Shown here piece after piece: positions 10,857 through 23,777 of a stretch of 64,000 bases of DNA. Each line of letters opens with the position of its first letter. Within the stretch, counting starts at the first letter, position 1. Origin of the DNA: Vicugna vicugna (Eukaryota); contig MU058059.1 in the NCBI GenBank assembly GCA_013265495.1, positions 2,331,502 to 2,395,501 on the forward strand, written 5' to 3'. Both the position numbers and the translations under genes were made by a program. The notes under the pieces are model-generated. The model was not told the origin of the DNA. It ran no database searches and saw only the letters and a program-made list of their open reading frames with translations.

Positions 10857-13759
10857 GGTGAACGGAGGGTCGGAGCTCATCCTGTCAGTGGAATCTCCTA
10901 GCAAGATAGGCAGACCCAAAAGGAGTCCCAGACCCTTTGAATTATTGTTGGCACGAAAGGTGACGGCTGAATGTCAGAAGGGTTTTGATAATCTTTTCCT
11001 CTTTGTGTTGTGGGTGGTGCTGACAGGAGCGCAGAGAAGCAGGGGGCGTGGGCTCCCTTTGTCGGAGGGAGATGGGCTGCCCCACAGTGCTTTGTGCTGC
11101 TGCAAAGCGTGTCAGTCAGTGACACATGCATCACGTTCTAATGGGACGTGCTGGGCTCTCGGGGTGGGGACGCTGCTTCGCAGTCATTTCTCAACGTTCT
11201 GGGAGCAGAATTCAGCAACACGTGCTGTTCAGTGAGTTTACAACCATTTACGTCATCTTTCTGTGCATCACGGTGTCATTTTAAGTGTTACAAATGCCCT
11301 GGTCTATCTTTGGCATGTAGTTGTTTATTTTCGATTTACTTGGCATTTCTTGTTTAGATCTGTCTTCCTCAGAGGGCTTTTATATAGAATTAGCCTCCCT
11401 GTCCATTGGCTTGTGGAAAGTTAGTAGGAATAGTGGTGCTGGGTGCCCTGCTGGCTGGCTGTTGAGGTAGTGCAGGTGTGGCCCTCCCGTCACGGGCAGT
11501 CTGCGCTGTGCACTTCACGGGACCACATGGGTTTTCACAGGAGTATTGACACTGCTCTCATGTGGTTGGAAGATAAATAGGTAAAATGTTGCTTAAACCC
11601 TTTAATGTAAAATAGTTTTGGGAAAAGTTCCTTTCTCAAGGCCCCGCGACACTGACAGCATTATTCATGCTCGCAATATTCTGCTGTCAGCAGTCATTTG
11701 ATCTCAGTTTAATCATTTCACTGGTTAATGTTGGCTTTTTAGCATGAACATTTAAATATCCCAAAAGATTGGGTTGATTATTTCTCACCAAGTAGATTCA
11801 TTTCAAAGTCAAGAAAATTGCATCATTTGTAACATCAGCTATGCCTTTTCCAGGGTACTCCTTGAAATCAAGTCATTGTAACTTAACTGTTCTGACACTT
11901 AGTTATAGATATGTTTTGACTTACTTTATCTCTTAATAGGATCATGAAGAGTCCTTTTGCCAGTTAGGCCTTCAGAAAATGAAAACCATCTCACGTTTCC
12001 CTTATTCTAACAACACTCAAAGTTTAGCACAGAACATCTCAATTTTAATTTTTCTTTATTGAAACGTGTTTCCAGAGTGGATTGCTTTTCCTGCCTGGTA
12101 GTCTGTTGTATCTGTACCACAGATAATTGTTTGAGTCAGATTTGTCATTTTTCTGGCATATTTTCAAATAGTAATGCAAAGGAATGTATAAATGTTTCAT
12201 TAGCTACAGAGATGCAAATGTACTATATAAGAATCGTTTGGAAGCTTTGAATAGCATGTGTGTCTTCCCAGTTACCGGTTCACGCTGGTCCGCCTGTGGC
12301 TGGGTCTTTTTTTATGCTTGTTTCTCTGCAGAGCCCGGGCATGGGGCTATCCTGTCCGTGCAGGCTTGATGTTGGCGCGTGATCCACAGACAAACTGGGA
12401 GTCGTACGTAGCAGCCCTATTTCATTCTTAAGGCTGAGTGATGGCAGGCGTAATTACCGAGACTAACATCTGGAGCGGTTTATTAAAGGGAAGCCTGCCA
12501 AAACGGTTAGCATATACCAAACAGCAGCGTCTGTATGTGCCGTTTCATCACCATGGAACGTTGGGGTGTGCTCATGTGAAAGGAAATGAATAAACTCCAG
12601 CAAAGGGTCGTGACTAACACCCTGTCTTTCCAGAGTGGATTTTAGTTTAGCTCCATGGAGCAGTTTGCTGGAGATTTTCAAGATCATGAACATCATCCCT
12701 CTGGAGGGTTCCTAGATTAGACAGGTATCTGCTTACTTGGACTTGCCAGAATTAAAATGTACCCTTCGTTAAAGTTCTGCTGAGTTCTTTTTCTCTTTAA
12801 AAAATGTTCTCCAAATCCTAGAAAGGATTAAAGATGGTGATTTAAAAAATAAACAAGACTAACAGATTTTGAGGACCTGTTGGTGTTCCATCTTACTGAA
12901 AGCTTGGTGCGCACACCTGAGGCGCATGTTAGGGGTCTGGTCCGGTAGGGTGAAGCAAGGGCACTGTGGTGAAGTTATCGCACTTCTTGGAGGAGTGCAG
13001 AAGGACTGCTCACTCTATCCCTTAGCAGACAGCTTTACAGCTGGACAGAGGTATTAAGTCAGCAGATTGGTCCTTACCAAACTAGGAGAGGTTCCATTCC
13101 TGTGAACCCTGTAGCTCTTTTTCATAGTGTTGCGGTTCACCTTATTTAAATAGTACTGGGGGGCTGGTCGCCCTTGTCCTTATTAGGCACGAGTGGAGGG
13201 TGCCATGCCCGTCTGCATTCTGTACGCGAAAATGGAGGGAGAAGATGTCGATCTTCAAAAATCGTACTCGGAGGGTTTTTGATAGAGGGGAGAAAAAAGT
13301 CCCCAGGAGATGCTCCTAGTTTCTCCTCCGTGCCAGTCACTGCCAGGTGCTGCAACCTGAATAATGAGAGAGAACGTAGCCATCCTTTGGTTCTGCCGCA
13401 ATTAATGGGACGCCAAGTCGGGACGTAGAGGCTGTGATAACCGAGGCACCTGAATTAGTTGTGGGCATTTTGCTGAACCCAATAATGGGCATCTTTTCTG
13501 TCCTCCCTTCTTGCTTCTTGCTGCTTCCTGTCCCTCCTTCCTGCTACCCCACTCTGCCAGTGTCCCCCGCCCCGGCATATTGTCTGTTTCCTCCTGGTAC
13601 GATGACCACTATTTACTTACTTATTTCAATCTATTAAACTGAGACAACAGACAATCATGTCAACCAAGGTGGTGGGATAGATAAGAGTCTCACACTTAGC
13701 TGATAAGTTTACATTGCTACATTTTTAGAGAACAAGGCAGCAAAGGCCTTGAAGCTGTG

Positions 13760-14450
13760 TGAAGTCTTTGAACCTGCAATTTCACTTCAGGATTATATCC
13801 TGAGGTGGTAGAGTTGACCGTTGGAAAATGTAGGGGTGCCGACTGTACATACAGTTGAAAATCCATGTATAACTTTAAAGTTGGCCCTTCATATCTGTGG
13901 TTCCACATCCATGGATTCTGCTAACCTGGGGTCATGTAATACCATAGTATTTTTAGCAAAAAATATCTGTGTCATTGGACTCCTGCGGTTGTTCAAGTGT
14001 CCACTGTAATTGACATATTTACTTAGCTACCAAGTTGTTCATCCCAGTTTTTTTAATAGCTCAAAGTTGAAAATGAAGTGTCAAACATGGGATGATTGGT
14101 GAAATAAGTGATTAAATCTGGGTCACAGAATACTAGACAGCCCCTGGGAACACCTCAGTATACACCAACTGACAAGAAAAACTACCTGAAATGGAAGACA
14201 TACACCAAAGGAAAAAATATTATCTAAGGTGAATAGCATGATCTACTTTTATAAAAGCCAATAAGCATTATACTTAAAATATTTGAAAATATATCAGTAT
14301 CTGTATTTATTTCTATATACAGCTCAAAGTTGGAATAATGGTTGTACGTGGGTGGTTAGTATTATGCGGTTTTAAAATATTCTCTTTCATTGCCTCTGTT
14401 TTATTATTTTTCCAAAGTTAGATTATAATTGTTTATAAAGAAAAAAAAAA
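13760..14450 (+). mobile_element. Old L1 (L1ME-like) 3' fragment interrupted by a MER8-like MITE
   Basis: ctttgaacctgcaatttcacttcaggattatatcct...gttcatcccagt...aatagc...aatactagacagcc pattern. Confidence 0.55.
13811..14006 (+). mobile_element. MER8-like Tigger2-derived MITE (TcMar-Tigger)
   Basis: Degenerate terminal inverted repeats gagttgaccgttg / ttgttcaagtgtccactg, TA on both sides, and internal gaaaatccatgtataacttt...ccacatccatggattc. Confidence 0.8.
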
Positions 14451-15719
14451 AGGAAATCTCATGTTAGAGGAATCACACACACACACTGTAAGCTTATAAT
14501 GTATTTCTCGTCTGCAGCAGCTTCACAGTGCTGGTGATTGGCAGAGTCCAGTCAGCTGGGTCTGGTTCATAGTTTTTTAATTAGTTACAAGGATTAAGCT
14601 GAAGTTACTTCTGCATTTTAAATTCCAGTAAATGATTTTAACTTTTTAAATTAAAATTCCTATAAATACTCAAAGGATAAAAGAAAAGAACACTGTACTG
14701 ATTATTCAATATATAGAATGTATGAATCTTATTTAATTATCCTGTTTATTAGTTCTCTTTATGATTCTCCACTCCTGTAATTCCTTTTATAGCTTTCTTT
14801 CTAGGCAACCAAGGGACATTGCTTTGGGCCCAGGTCATGTGAGAAAGACATGCTTCCCATACAGTGATTTTAGGCACGAGGGTACGGAAAAGGTAGAAAA
14901 AGAGGCAGTAGTGAGGGTTTTTGTGGGGGCCAGTTATTTTTTTTCCTCACTGAGATTTTTAAATAGGTCAAGAAAAGTGTCTGTTTTAAATAGAAGATAA
15001 CTTTAAGAGGATTGGAAGCCAAGATTCTGATGTGGAGAAACAGACTGTCCCAGTGGAACTCAATGCAAACTACACTCTTTTTCTTGCCGATAAAAAAGCC
15101 AGGTTGCTTCTACCTGAGCAACGAGATGATCCCGAAAATAGATGCTGCAAGTACCAAGAATTTTGGGAGTATTAGGGATGAGTTATGGTTTTAAACAGAA
15201 AAAAATATGGAAAGGAACTATACATTATTAGCTGTCCAGCCTTTAAACTTCCCTGGAAAATAATTTTTTTGAGGCTAGCCATGTAAAAATGTGTCAGGAT
15301 TCGGGGGTGGGACAAATGGAGCAGAAGTGGATCAAATACGAAGTCGACTTTTAAGGCAGCAATTTTTAGATCCTCGCTAGTGAGTGACTCTTGATGTCTG
15401 AAGTCCTTTTGGAGATAATTGTGGAATCAGTTTTAAAAACCCATCTCATGTCTGAGGGAACATTTGTAAATCTCTTTATAGGCAAATGCAAAGCATTATT
15501 AATTACTGGAGGCCCCATCCTTTTCACTTTGTATTAGACAACTTAAAATTATGAAGAAAGAAAAATATTTTATTAATCACCTACAGGCTCTTTTTAAATG
15601 ACTCAAGGGAGCATTGCCTCTGGGTCTTTAAGCAAAATATAAATTGACACCCAGTGCCACTACCTAAAAATATACCGTATAATATTTTACAGGACGTGTC
15701 CCATATTTTCTGTGTTAAC

Positions 15720-15908
15720 TGTGGTTTAGAGAGAGACACAGAAGACGTGGGGTTCACACTTGACTGGGAAACCCAAAATTAAACTCTGCTAATAACTGGG
15801 TATGTGGCTTGGAATATCAGTTAACCTCGCTGAGTTTTCTCTATTATGTGAGAGGGCTGAATTTATTGGTAAGCAATCTTCAAAATCCTTGCTACTTCAA
15901 TATTCTCT
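15720..15908 (+). mobile_element. MIR/MIR3 fragment
   Basis: ctctgctaataactgggtatgtggcttgg...gttaacctcgctgagttttct. Confidence 0.55.
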
Positions 15909-17019
15909 TTGTGTGTTCAGACACAGTGATACCCAAAATTGATACAATGTCTGTTTTCCAGTATTCCAGCGAGAATTACATTAGCAACAGAATATTGCAG
16001 AATTTGCTGTTTAAAAATGTTTTTGATTATTTATACCCAACTTCCTTATTCAGCTCTTGAGTTGGCTTTCAGAAACCACACGGTAAGGTTTTTCAATGAA
16101 GTGACTATCTGGACTATAGAAATATAAATTAAACAGAGGATCAAGAATACATATTTTTGGCAGTATATCTGACTTTCACAATCTCGTATTGAGAGCCATA
16201 ATTGTAACCAAATTGCGTTCCCAGTCTGTGTTTAACTAAGCATCAACTCAGTGGACGATTCAGAAAGAATATAATTGACAGCTAGTAAAACCCTTGCAAA
16301 AATGAATCAGCTTTTAACTTTGTATTAAATTATCCTTTTCTAGAAGACTGAAAACTATAATCAAGTCCTTTCTGTGTAATTTGCTATAGATTACTGCTTT
16401 AAGAGAATTACATCCTTTGTTAAAAAGGCTTTTCTATTATTGGCTTACGGTGTCCCCTCCTCCCACTGAATTAAAGCTTTCAACCTGCTGTTAGATGCCC
16501 TGAGCTTTTCACCTGAACATTTTTACAATGCGGGCATAATGAATGTTGAAACTGGTGTAGATTATTTAAAATAGGCTTAGATTAGCTCTCTACTGCTGCT
16601 CTTGACCTCGATGGAGGGAAAAGAAACAAGTTCCTTAGTACAGAGATGAAATTTTTATCAACCGCTTTAAAGCTGAAATTACCCAGGTGAAGTCTGTAGC
16701 CCCCACTGCTAGTTTCTCTTTATTCCTCCGGTCCACTTACTAGATGAACAAGTATGGCTTTTCTGACAGTTATATAATGTGCCCATTTTGTATCATAAAC
16801 CCTACAAAAAATGTAATAATCAATTTGTTATATAGAAGAATTAGGAACTTAAAACTGCTCATTTATGCATTTATCAAAAATAATACTAAACTTGATGTAT
16901 GAACATTCTGTAGATAGAGGGTTGGAAATTGCAGCCAAGGCCGCTGCTTTCCTGGAGTTTATGGATAATAGTCAAGACCTTTATTATGATTCTCTTTATA
17001 GATGCTCAGAGCAGGCCTT

Positions 17020-17960
17020 GCACAAAATTCAGCACCCATTCCTGACATAAAGGAAAAAACACTCAGTAAAATAGATAACTGGTAATCAGTTCTTTAACGG
17101 TAGCTAAATTATTTGGACTGAAGAAATAAGGTTTACATCTAACTTAATGTTGAAATGTAAGAAACATTCCCATTAGTCCCAAAACAAGGTAGGGATTCCA
17201 CCGTCTTCACCTGCTTACCTTTATTTGGAGGTATTAGCTGATGAAATAGGACCAGGAAATATAATTCGAGGCGTAAGAATTGTACAAGAGAAAGTGACAC
17301 TCTCTCTTTGCAGTTGGCACCTGGAAAGTTGATACCTCTGAAAGAATCGATGAGAAAACTAAAACAATAAAAAAAAAATCAGTAAGGTGCCAGGATATAA
17401 AATTGATGTACGAAAATCAAACATTAACTGATCAGAAGATAAAATAGAAGAGAAAATTATGTTTATGAGAGCAACAATAAAAACAAGAAAATAAAATACC
17501 TGGGAGTAATATTGCCCATATATGTATAAAATCTATGTAAGGAAAGTTATAGGCCTTTTTCTGGAAGGTCCAAAATTAGATCTGAATAAATAGATAGTCA
17601 TAACTTGTGCTTGGATAGCATAACTCAACATCATAAAGATGTCATTTATCTTCAAGTTAGTAAATTTAATGCAACCAGTAAAAATGACAAGTTATTACTT
17701 TGAACTTGACAATTTGATTCTCATGTTCACATAGAAAATAAAAAATACAGTAATATCTAGGAAAACCTGAAAGAGAAAGAGTCATGGGGGATTTGCTTTC
17801 TCTTGGTATTTATACTCTAAAATCTCAGTAATGAAATAGTGTGGTTCTAACTAACACACCTGATGGCCACTGGGGGAGAAATAAAAATAGACCAAGGATA
17901 CATGGGAATTCAGTATAATAAAAGTGGATTCTCGAATCAGTGGAAAAAGAGAGACTTAAA
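17020..17960 (+). mobile_element. Ancient L1 ORF2 remnant
   Basis: aaattcagcacccattcctga, cagtaaggtgccaggatataaaattgat, aaaatacctgggagtaa, actcaacatcataaagatgtca; interrupted by stops and frameshifts. Confidence 0.75.
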
Positions 17961-17971
17961 AAATTAGTAGA

Positions 17972-18610
17972 CTTTATTTATTTTGTTTTAGTTTTAAAAG
18001 TGGTAAAATACACATAACATAAAATTTACTTAATCATTTTAAGGTATACAGTTCAGTAGTGTTAAGTACATTCACATTGTTGGGACCGATCTCCAGAATT
18101 CTTCATCTTTCAGAACTGAAACTCTATATGCATTAAGTAATTACTCCTCATCCCCTGATGTGCCCCCCCCTAGCCCCTGGCAGCCACCATTGCACTTTCT
18201 GTCTCTGAATTTGACTACTCTGGGTACCCCATATAAGTGAAATCATACAGTATTTGGTTTTTGTTTTTGTTTTAATGACTGGCTAATTTTACTTAGCGTA
18301 ATGCCCTCAGGGTTGATCTTTGCTGTAGCATGTATTGGCCTTTTTGAGGCAGAGTGAGAGTCTATTGTGTGCATACATCACGTTTTGTTTCTCCATTTGT
18401 CTATCTACGGGCACTTGGGTTGCTTCCACCCTTTGGCTATTGTGAATAATATTGCAATGATAATGGGTGAAAACATAACTCTTTGAGACCTTGATTTCAA
18501 TTTTGGGAGGTATATACCTAGAACTAGAATTGCTGGATCATATGGTAGTTCTGTTTTTATTCTGAGGACCACCAAACTGTTTTTCACAGCAGCTGTCCCA
18601 TTTTATGTTC
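17972..18610 (-). mobile_element. L1MB-like 3' end
   Basis: gtggtaaaatacacataacataaaattta...cagtagtgttaagtacattcacattgtt...agaattgctggatcatatggtagttct; the antisense ORF gives ELPYDPAI (ORF2 C-terminus). Confidence 0.85.
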
Positions 18611-19015
18611 GCATTATTTCCCTTGCGGATGAAGAACCACGCTTCTCTAGGGCAGCAGACTCGATGAAGCACCCTTTCTGGGCTTGGTTTCCTTCCTGGG
18701 TCACCTGTGCTCTCTGCATTTCCCAAGCAGATATTTGCAATCATTTCCTGGTCACAGGTCTACTTCTGAACAACCCAAACTAAGACCATTTCTCATGCAC
18801 CTACCTTGGACCTAGCGATCCCGGTCTAGGGCTTGCCCTGAAAATGCATCTCCCCACGTGTGAAACAGCAAATGCCCAAGGCTACTCACTGTGCTTGTTT
18901 GTAACAGCAAAATGAGATCAGATTAAATGTGCAGCCCTAGAAACCTGGCTTAGTAAATAAACCACAGTACATCCACAAAGCAGAATATTCTGCAGCCGTT
19001 AGAAGTAATGTAGCT

Positions 19016-19374
19016 GAAGACATACAGATGGCCAACGGGCACATGAAAAGATGCTCAATATCACTAATTATCAGAGAAATGCAAATCAAAACCAAATTGA
19101 GGTATCACCTCACACCAGTCAGAATGGCCATCATCAAAAAGTCTACAAATAATAAATGCTGGAGAGGGTGTGGAGAAAAGGGGACCCTCTTACATTGTTG
19201 GTAGGAATGTAAATTGGTGCAGCCTCTATGGAAAACAATATGGAGATTTCTGAAAAAACTAAAAATAGACTTACCCTATGATCCAGCAATCCCACTCCTG
19301 GGCATATATCCAGAATGTATCTGTAATTCAAAAAGATACATGCACCCCAGTGTTCATAGCAGCACTATTCACAA
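19016..19374 (+). mobile_element. Young L1 ORF2 C-terminal internal fragment, lacking 3' UTR and poly(A)
   Basis: Encodes [32 protein letters not shown], typical of the L1 ORF2 C-terminal region. Confidence 0.92.
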
Positions 19375-20130
19375 AAGAGTTGTACAACCATCACCAAAAT
19401 CTATTTTTAGAGCATTTTGATCAGCCACTAGAGAAATCCTGTAGTCGTTAGTCAATCCCCATTTCTGGTCCCGAGCCCAACCGTAGGTAAGCACTAATAT
19501 ACCTTGTGTCTCTATGGATTTGCTTATTATGGGCATTTCATATAAATGGAATCACATAATGCATGGTATTTTGTGGTTGGCTTATTTCACTTAAAGTAAT
19601 GTCAAGTTTCATCTGTGTTGTGGTATATATCAGTACTTTATTCCTTCTTATGGCTTAATAATCCATTGTGGTGTGGCTATACCATATCTTACATACCTAT
19701 TCGTTAGCAAATAGACATGTGGATTATTCTCACTTTCTGGCTCTGTATGAGTAATTTTGGTGTGAACACTTGCATAGAAGATTTTTTATGGATGCATGTT
19801 TTCAGTTCTTATAGTTACATACCCAGGAATAGAATTCCTGGGTCATATGGTTAAGCTTATGTTTACATTTTAGAAAAACTGCCAAGCTTTTCCAGAGAAG
19901 CAGTACCATTTTCATTTCCACCTGCAGAGTGTGAGGGTTCTGATTTCTCCGTGTCTCTGCCAGTGCTTCCGTGTTTTTGATTCTGGCCGTGCGAATGGTG
20001 AGAAGCAGTGCTCACTGTCATCGGAGTTGCATTCCCTTAATGACTGATGTTGTCAAGCATCTTTCTTTTGCTTGTTGGCCATCTGTATGTCTTCTTTCAA
20101 GACTGGCTCTCAAGGTCATTTGCCCCTTTT
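19375..20130 (-). mobile_element. Old L1 (L1MB7-like) 3' region
   Basis: agagttgtacaaccatcacc...atttcatataaatggaatca...gaattcctgggtcatatgg...ttggccatctgtatgtcttcttt. Confidence 0.8.
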
Positions 20131-20636
20131 AAAAATTTTTTAATTTTTTATCAAAGTGTAGTTAATTTATAATGTTAGTTTTGGGTGTACAGCAAAGCTG
20201 TTCAGTTATACCTATGCATACATATATATGCATATGTTTTCAATTCTTTCCATTATAACTCATTATAAGAAATTGACTATAGTTCCTTGTGCTGCACAGT
20301 AGGTCCTTGTCATTTATCTATTTTATATATAGTAGTGTGTATCTGTTAATCCCAGACAATATATATATATATATATGTATATATATATGTATATTTATAT
20401 ATAGTAGTGTGTATCTGTTAATCCCAGACTCCTAATTTGGTAACCATAGTTTGTTTTCTGTGTCTATGAGTCTACTTCTGGTTTATAAATAAAATTTGTA
20501 TCTTTTTTTTTAGATTCCAGATATAAGTGATATCATGTGGTATTTGTCTTTCTCTGTTTGACTTACTTCACTTAGTGTGATAATCTCTAGTTCTATCCAT
20601 GTTGCTGCCAATGGCATGATTTCATTCTTTTTTATG
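20131..20636 (-). mobile_element. Young L1 3' end nested in the old L1MB, with TSD catttgccc
   Basis: T-rich tail and L1 3' UTR, flanked by catttgccc at 20117-20125 and 20637-20645; contains a (TA)n tract. Confidence 0.9.
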
Positions 20637-21457
20637 CATTTGCCCATTTTTAATTGGGTTATTTATTTCTTATTTCTTTTCTCTTTGCTCAGCCTAAGTT
20701 TTCATGACTTTTTAATGCAACTTTTTTTTCTCAAATAAATGAACTATAATATTCTGTCTTGGCATAGCAGATCTAAATGACACCAAGCTATGCCTTTTGT
20801 TGAAGAAGAATCAATCTGTAAGTGAAGAATGAAGGATGTCAGCCTTGACCACAGGCTGTGAAAAGACCTGTGCTTTTCACTGAACTCATTACACATAATT
20901 CATTAATAGGACGACGTTCTTTGTTTTGTTGCTGTTTGGGGTTTCTGGGTAGTTTTATTGACAATGAAGTGCTCCCAGTGGTTTCAAGCTCTGATAGAAT
21001 GGATTGGGTGATTTCAGTACTGACATCCCCGTCATGACAATGTGTAAGCAGGGGCTGGATGAACACTGGCCAGGGATATGGGAGGCGGGATTCTTGACTA
21101 GAAGGGACTGGATCGAGTAACTCTGAAGACCAGCTTCAGATTCTCCTCGAATTCTATTATATGCCAAACATATTTATGAGAAAGTCCAGTTCTTTTTGTG
21201 CTTGTGTGTGTTCTGAGGTTATATTTTCAATTTATTTTTTCATTTGATACTTTTAACCTCAAAAGATTGCTTTTATTCCTTATTAAGCTTTTTTGGCTTG
21301 TAAGGAAAATATGCTGTCTTTAGTATTACTCCTTAATGAATTTAAGTGTATGCTCGGATAAATTTTTGCTTAGTTGTGTATTCTTATTTTTTTTTGTCAT
21401 TAAGTCTCACAGCTGTATTTAGTGAATTTTTCTGAGAGACAGCCAAGTAGCTGATTT

Positions 21458-21479
21458 TGTGTGTGTGTGTGTGTGTGTG
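21458..21479. repeat. (TG)n microsatellite
   Basis: About 11 TG units read directly. Confidence 0.95.
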
Positions 21480-21734
21480 GCAAGCCAACAGCATGTCAAA
21501 TTTAAATTTATGTTGGAAAGCTGTTTTGCAGACATGGAAGTCCAAGTAAACAGCCAAATTGCTATTTCTCCCCAATTTGGATGTGGGAAAGTGAGTATGT
21601 GTTTGGCTTTTATTTCTAGAATAACTTGAGAATGGATAAATAGGTTTTCCTATGTGCTGTGTTAAACATTTGCAATTTTGCAGCAAATCCACATGTGAGA
21701 AACTTAACCTCAAAGAATTAATGTAAAGTGGTTG

Positions 21735-21965
21735 AAAAATATCTATTCCTTAGGATCATCTGCTATATGCCAGGCATCTTGTAAATGTTACCTTTTCAAA
21801 CGTAATCCCCAAGATAGCATTGTAGGTATTACAACCATTTCTGTGTTACAGGCACTGAAATTGAGAGCATCAAAATTTAAGGTAATTTAATCAAGATCAC
21901 AGAATCAGTAAATATGAATAACAAATTTGGAGTTAGAACCCCCGTCTTCTTGGCTCCAATCTCAG
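21735..21965 (-). mobile_element. MIR SINE
   Basis: tgctatatgccaggca...gtaggtatt...actgaaattgagag...aagatcacag...tagaaccc. Confidence 0.65.
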
Positions 21966-22834
21966 ACCTACAGCTTCTCCAAGCTCTTCTATTTCCATTC
22001 TTTTCTACCATCATCTAGATGATATTTAACATTCATATATTTTGATATTTAAAAATACCACTTCTGATTTATTATTCTGGTTTTTCTTGACTAACATGCG
22101 AAATAGCAGAATTTGTCTGTTATTTGCTAGAAACAGTAATAATTTATCTGTGTCCTGGACCATTTGTGAGTCTAACCTATATATATATATATTCATAGGT
22201 AAAAATTGAAAAAAAACCCACTGAAATCAAGAAGAAATTAGCTATTAATCATTTTGAAAATTAACTTCCCACCAGCTTTCCATGAGCCATATTCCTGAAT
22301 GAAATACCGTCACCTTTGTTGTACATCAGAGAACTGGAGAAGTGCCCCCTTATAGCTTAACTTGTTTTCCCAGAGGACTTTGCAGTGGTGTTTGCAGGCC
22401 CCTCATTCAGGGCACACGGCCCCCCTGTGGGCAGCAAAGTGGACTGTCGTCATGGAATCCTGCTGGAGGCTAATCCCTGGATGAAATGCTATCTCTTTCC
22501 CCATTTCCCCTTTATTCTTTAATGTTCTGCTACAAGCAGAACTATTCTATCTGTATTCTGTTGTATCTAAAAACTATCTATTTTGCAGTAAGGCTAAAAG
22601 AAAAGCAATCAGTGAAAAACTGACAAGAATATAATCAAGGTAGAGTTCGTGTCAGAAAAAAAGGTGTAGCATTCATTGAAGTAAAGCAATTAAAAATGGT
22701 CTTGGGGATCTTAGTTTTGCTTTCTCTACTGTTTGTTCTAAAACCACTCTTAGGTGTTTTTTCCTTATCATCCCAAAGCACACATTTGAGTTTCTTACTT
22801 ATATTATTATCCTCATTAACTGCTTTGATTTTTG

Positions 22835-23348
22835 TTGGGGGGTATTTATTTTTAATTGAAGTATAGTCAGTTTACAATGTTGTGTTAATTTCTTTCCCCA
22901 TAGAATATGTATATATGAATATTTTCATATTCTTTTTCACTATAGGCTATTAGAAGGTATTGAATCGATTTCCCTGTGTGACTTTGTTGTTTATCTATTT
23001 TATATGTAGTAGTTAGTATCTGCAAATTCCAAACTCCCAATTTATCCCTCCAAAGCCCCCACCCCCATTTCCCACCTGGTAACCACAAGTTTGTTTTCTA
23101 TGTCTGTGAATCTGCCTCTGTTTTGTAAATAAGTTCATTTGTGTCATGTTTTTAAGATTCCACATATAAATGATATATAATATTTTTCTTTCTCTTTCTG
23201 GTTTATTTCACTTAGTATGATGATCTCCAGGTCCATCCATGTTGCTATAAATGGCATTATTTTATTCTTTTTTTTTGGCTGAGTAGTATTCCATTGTATA
23301 AATATACCACAGCTTCTTTATCCAGTCATCTGTAGATGGACATTTAAG
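22835..23348 (-). mobile_element. 5'-truncated young L1 3' end
   Basis: aattgaagtatagtcagtttacaatg...gagtagtattccattg...gatggacattta; approximate TSD ct(g/a)ctttgattttt on both sides. Confidence 0.92.
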
Positions 23349-23777
23349 CTACTTTGATTTTTTTAAATACCTCTAACTTAAAGGATTTTTAAAACCTCTA
23401 TAATCATATAGAACCATATAAAGCTAACCTAACTTTAAATTCTGCTCTCATTTTTATCTTAATGGTAAAATAATGAATTAAAATCAAGCTTTGGACATTG
23501 TGTTGTTGAGGTTTTCTCTAGTGTACTCCATGAATGAAAAGTGTGTTCTCTAAACATACTTTAATACTTATATGAAATACTTTTTTAGGTGTCAAATATT
23601 TATGGAAAAAAATTCTTCTTTGACCCTGAATCTTGATTATGTCTGAAACCTCACTGTAGATTCTGTAGGTGTGGAGGGTTCTATTATAAATATTTGACAC
23701 TTACATGATAAAATCTGTTCTGTAAGGACCAAGATGGACCCTTGTAAATGAGACTAGTGTCTGAAACACGTAACTTT

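Noticed and set aside
12069..12641. 15-bp exact direct repeat tttccagagtggatt (12069-12083, 12627-12641; 13-bp match at 24745)
   Set aside because: A few exact 15-mer pairs are expected by chance in 64 kb, and no element structure lies between the copies.
19214..19420. ORF resembling a real protein ([28 protein letters not shown])
   Set aside because: It is a fragment of L1 ORF2 within a truncated retrotransposon, not a host gene. The same applies to 18405-18587 and 53496-53732.
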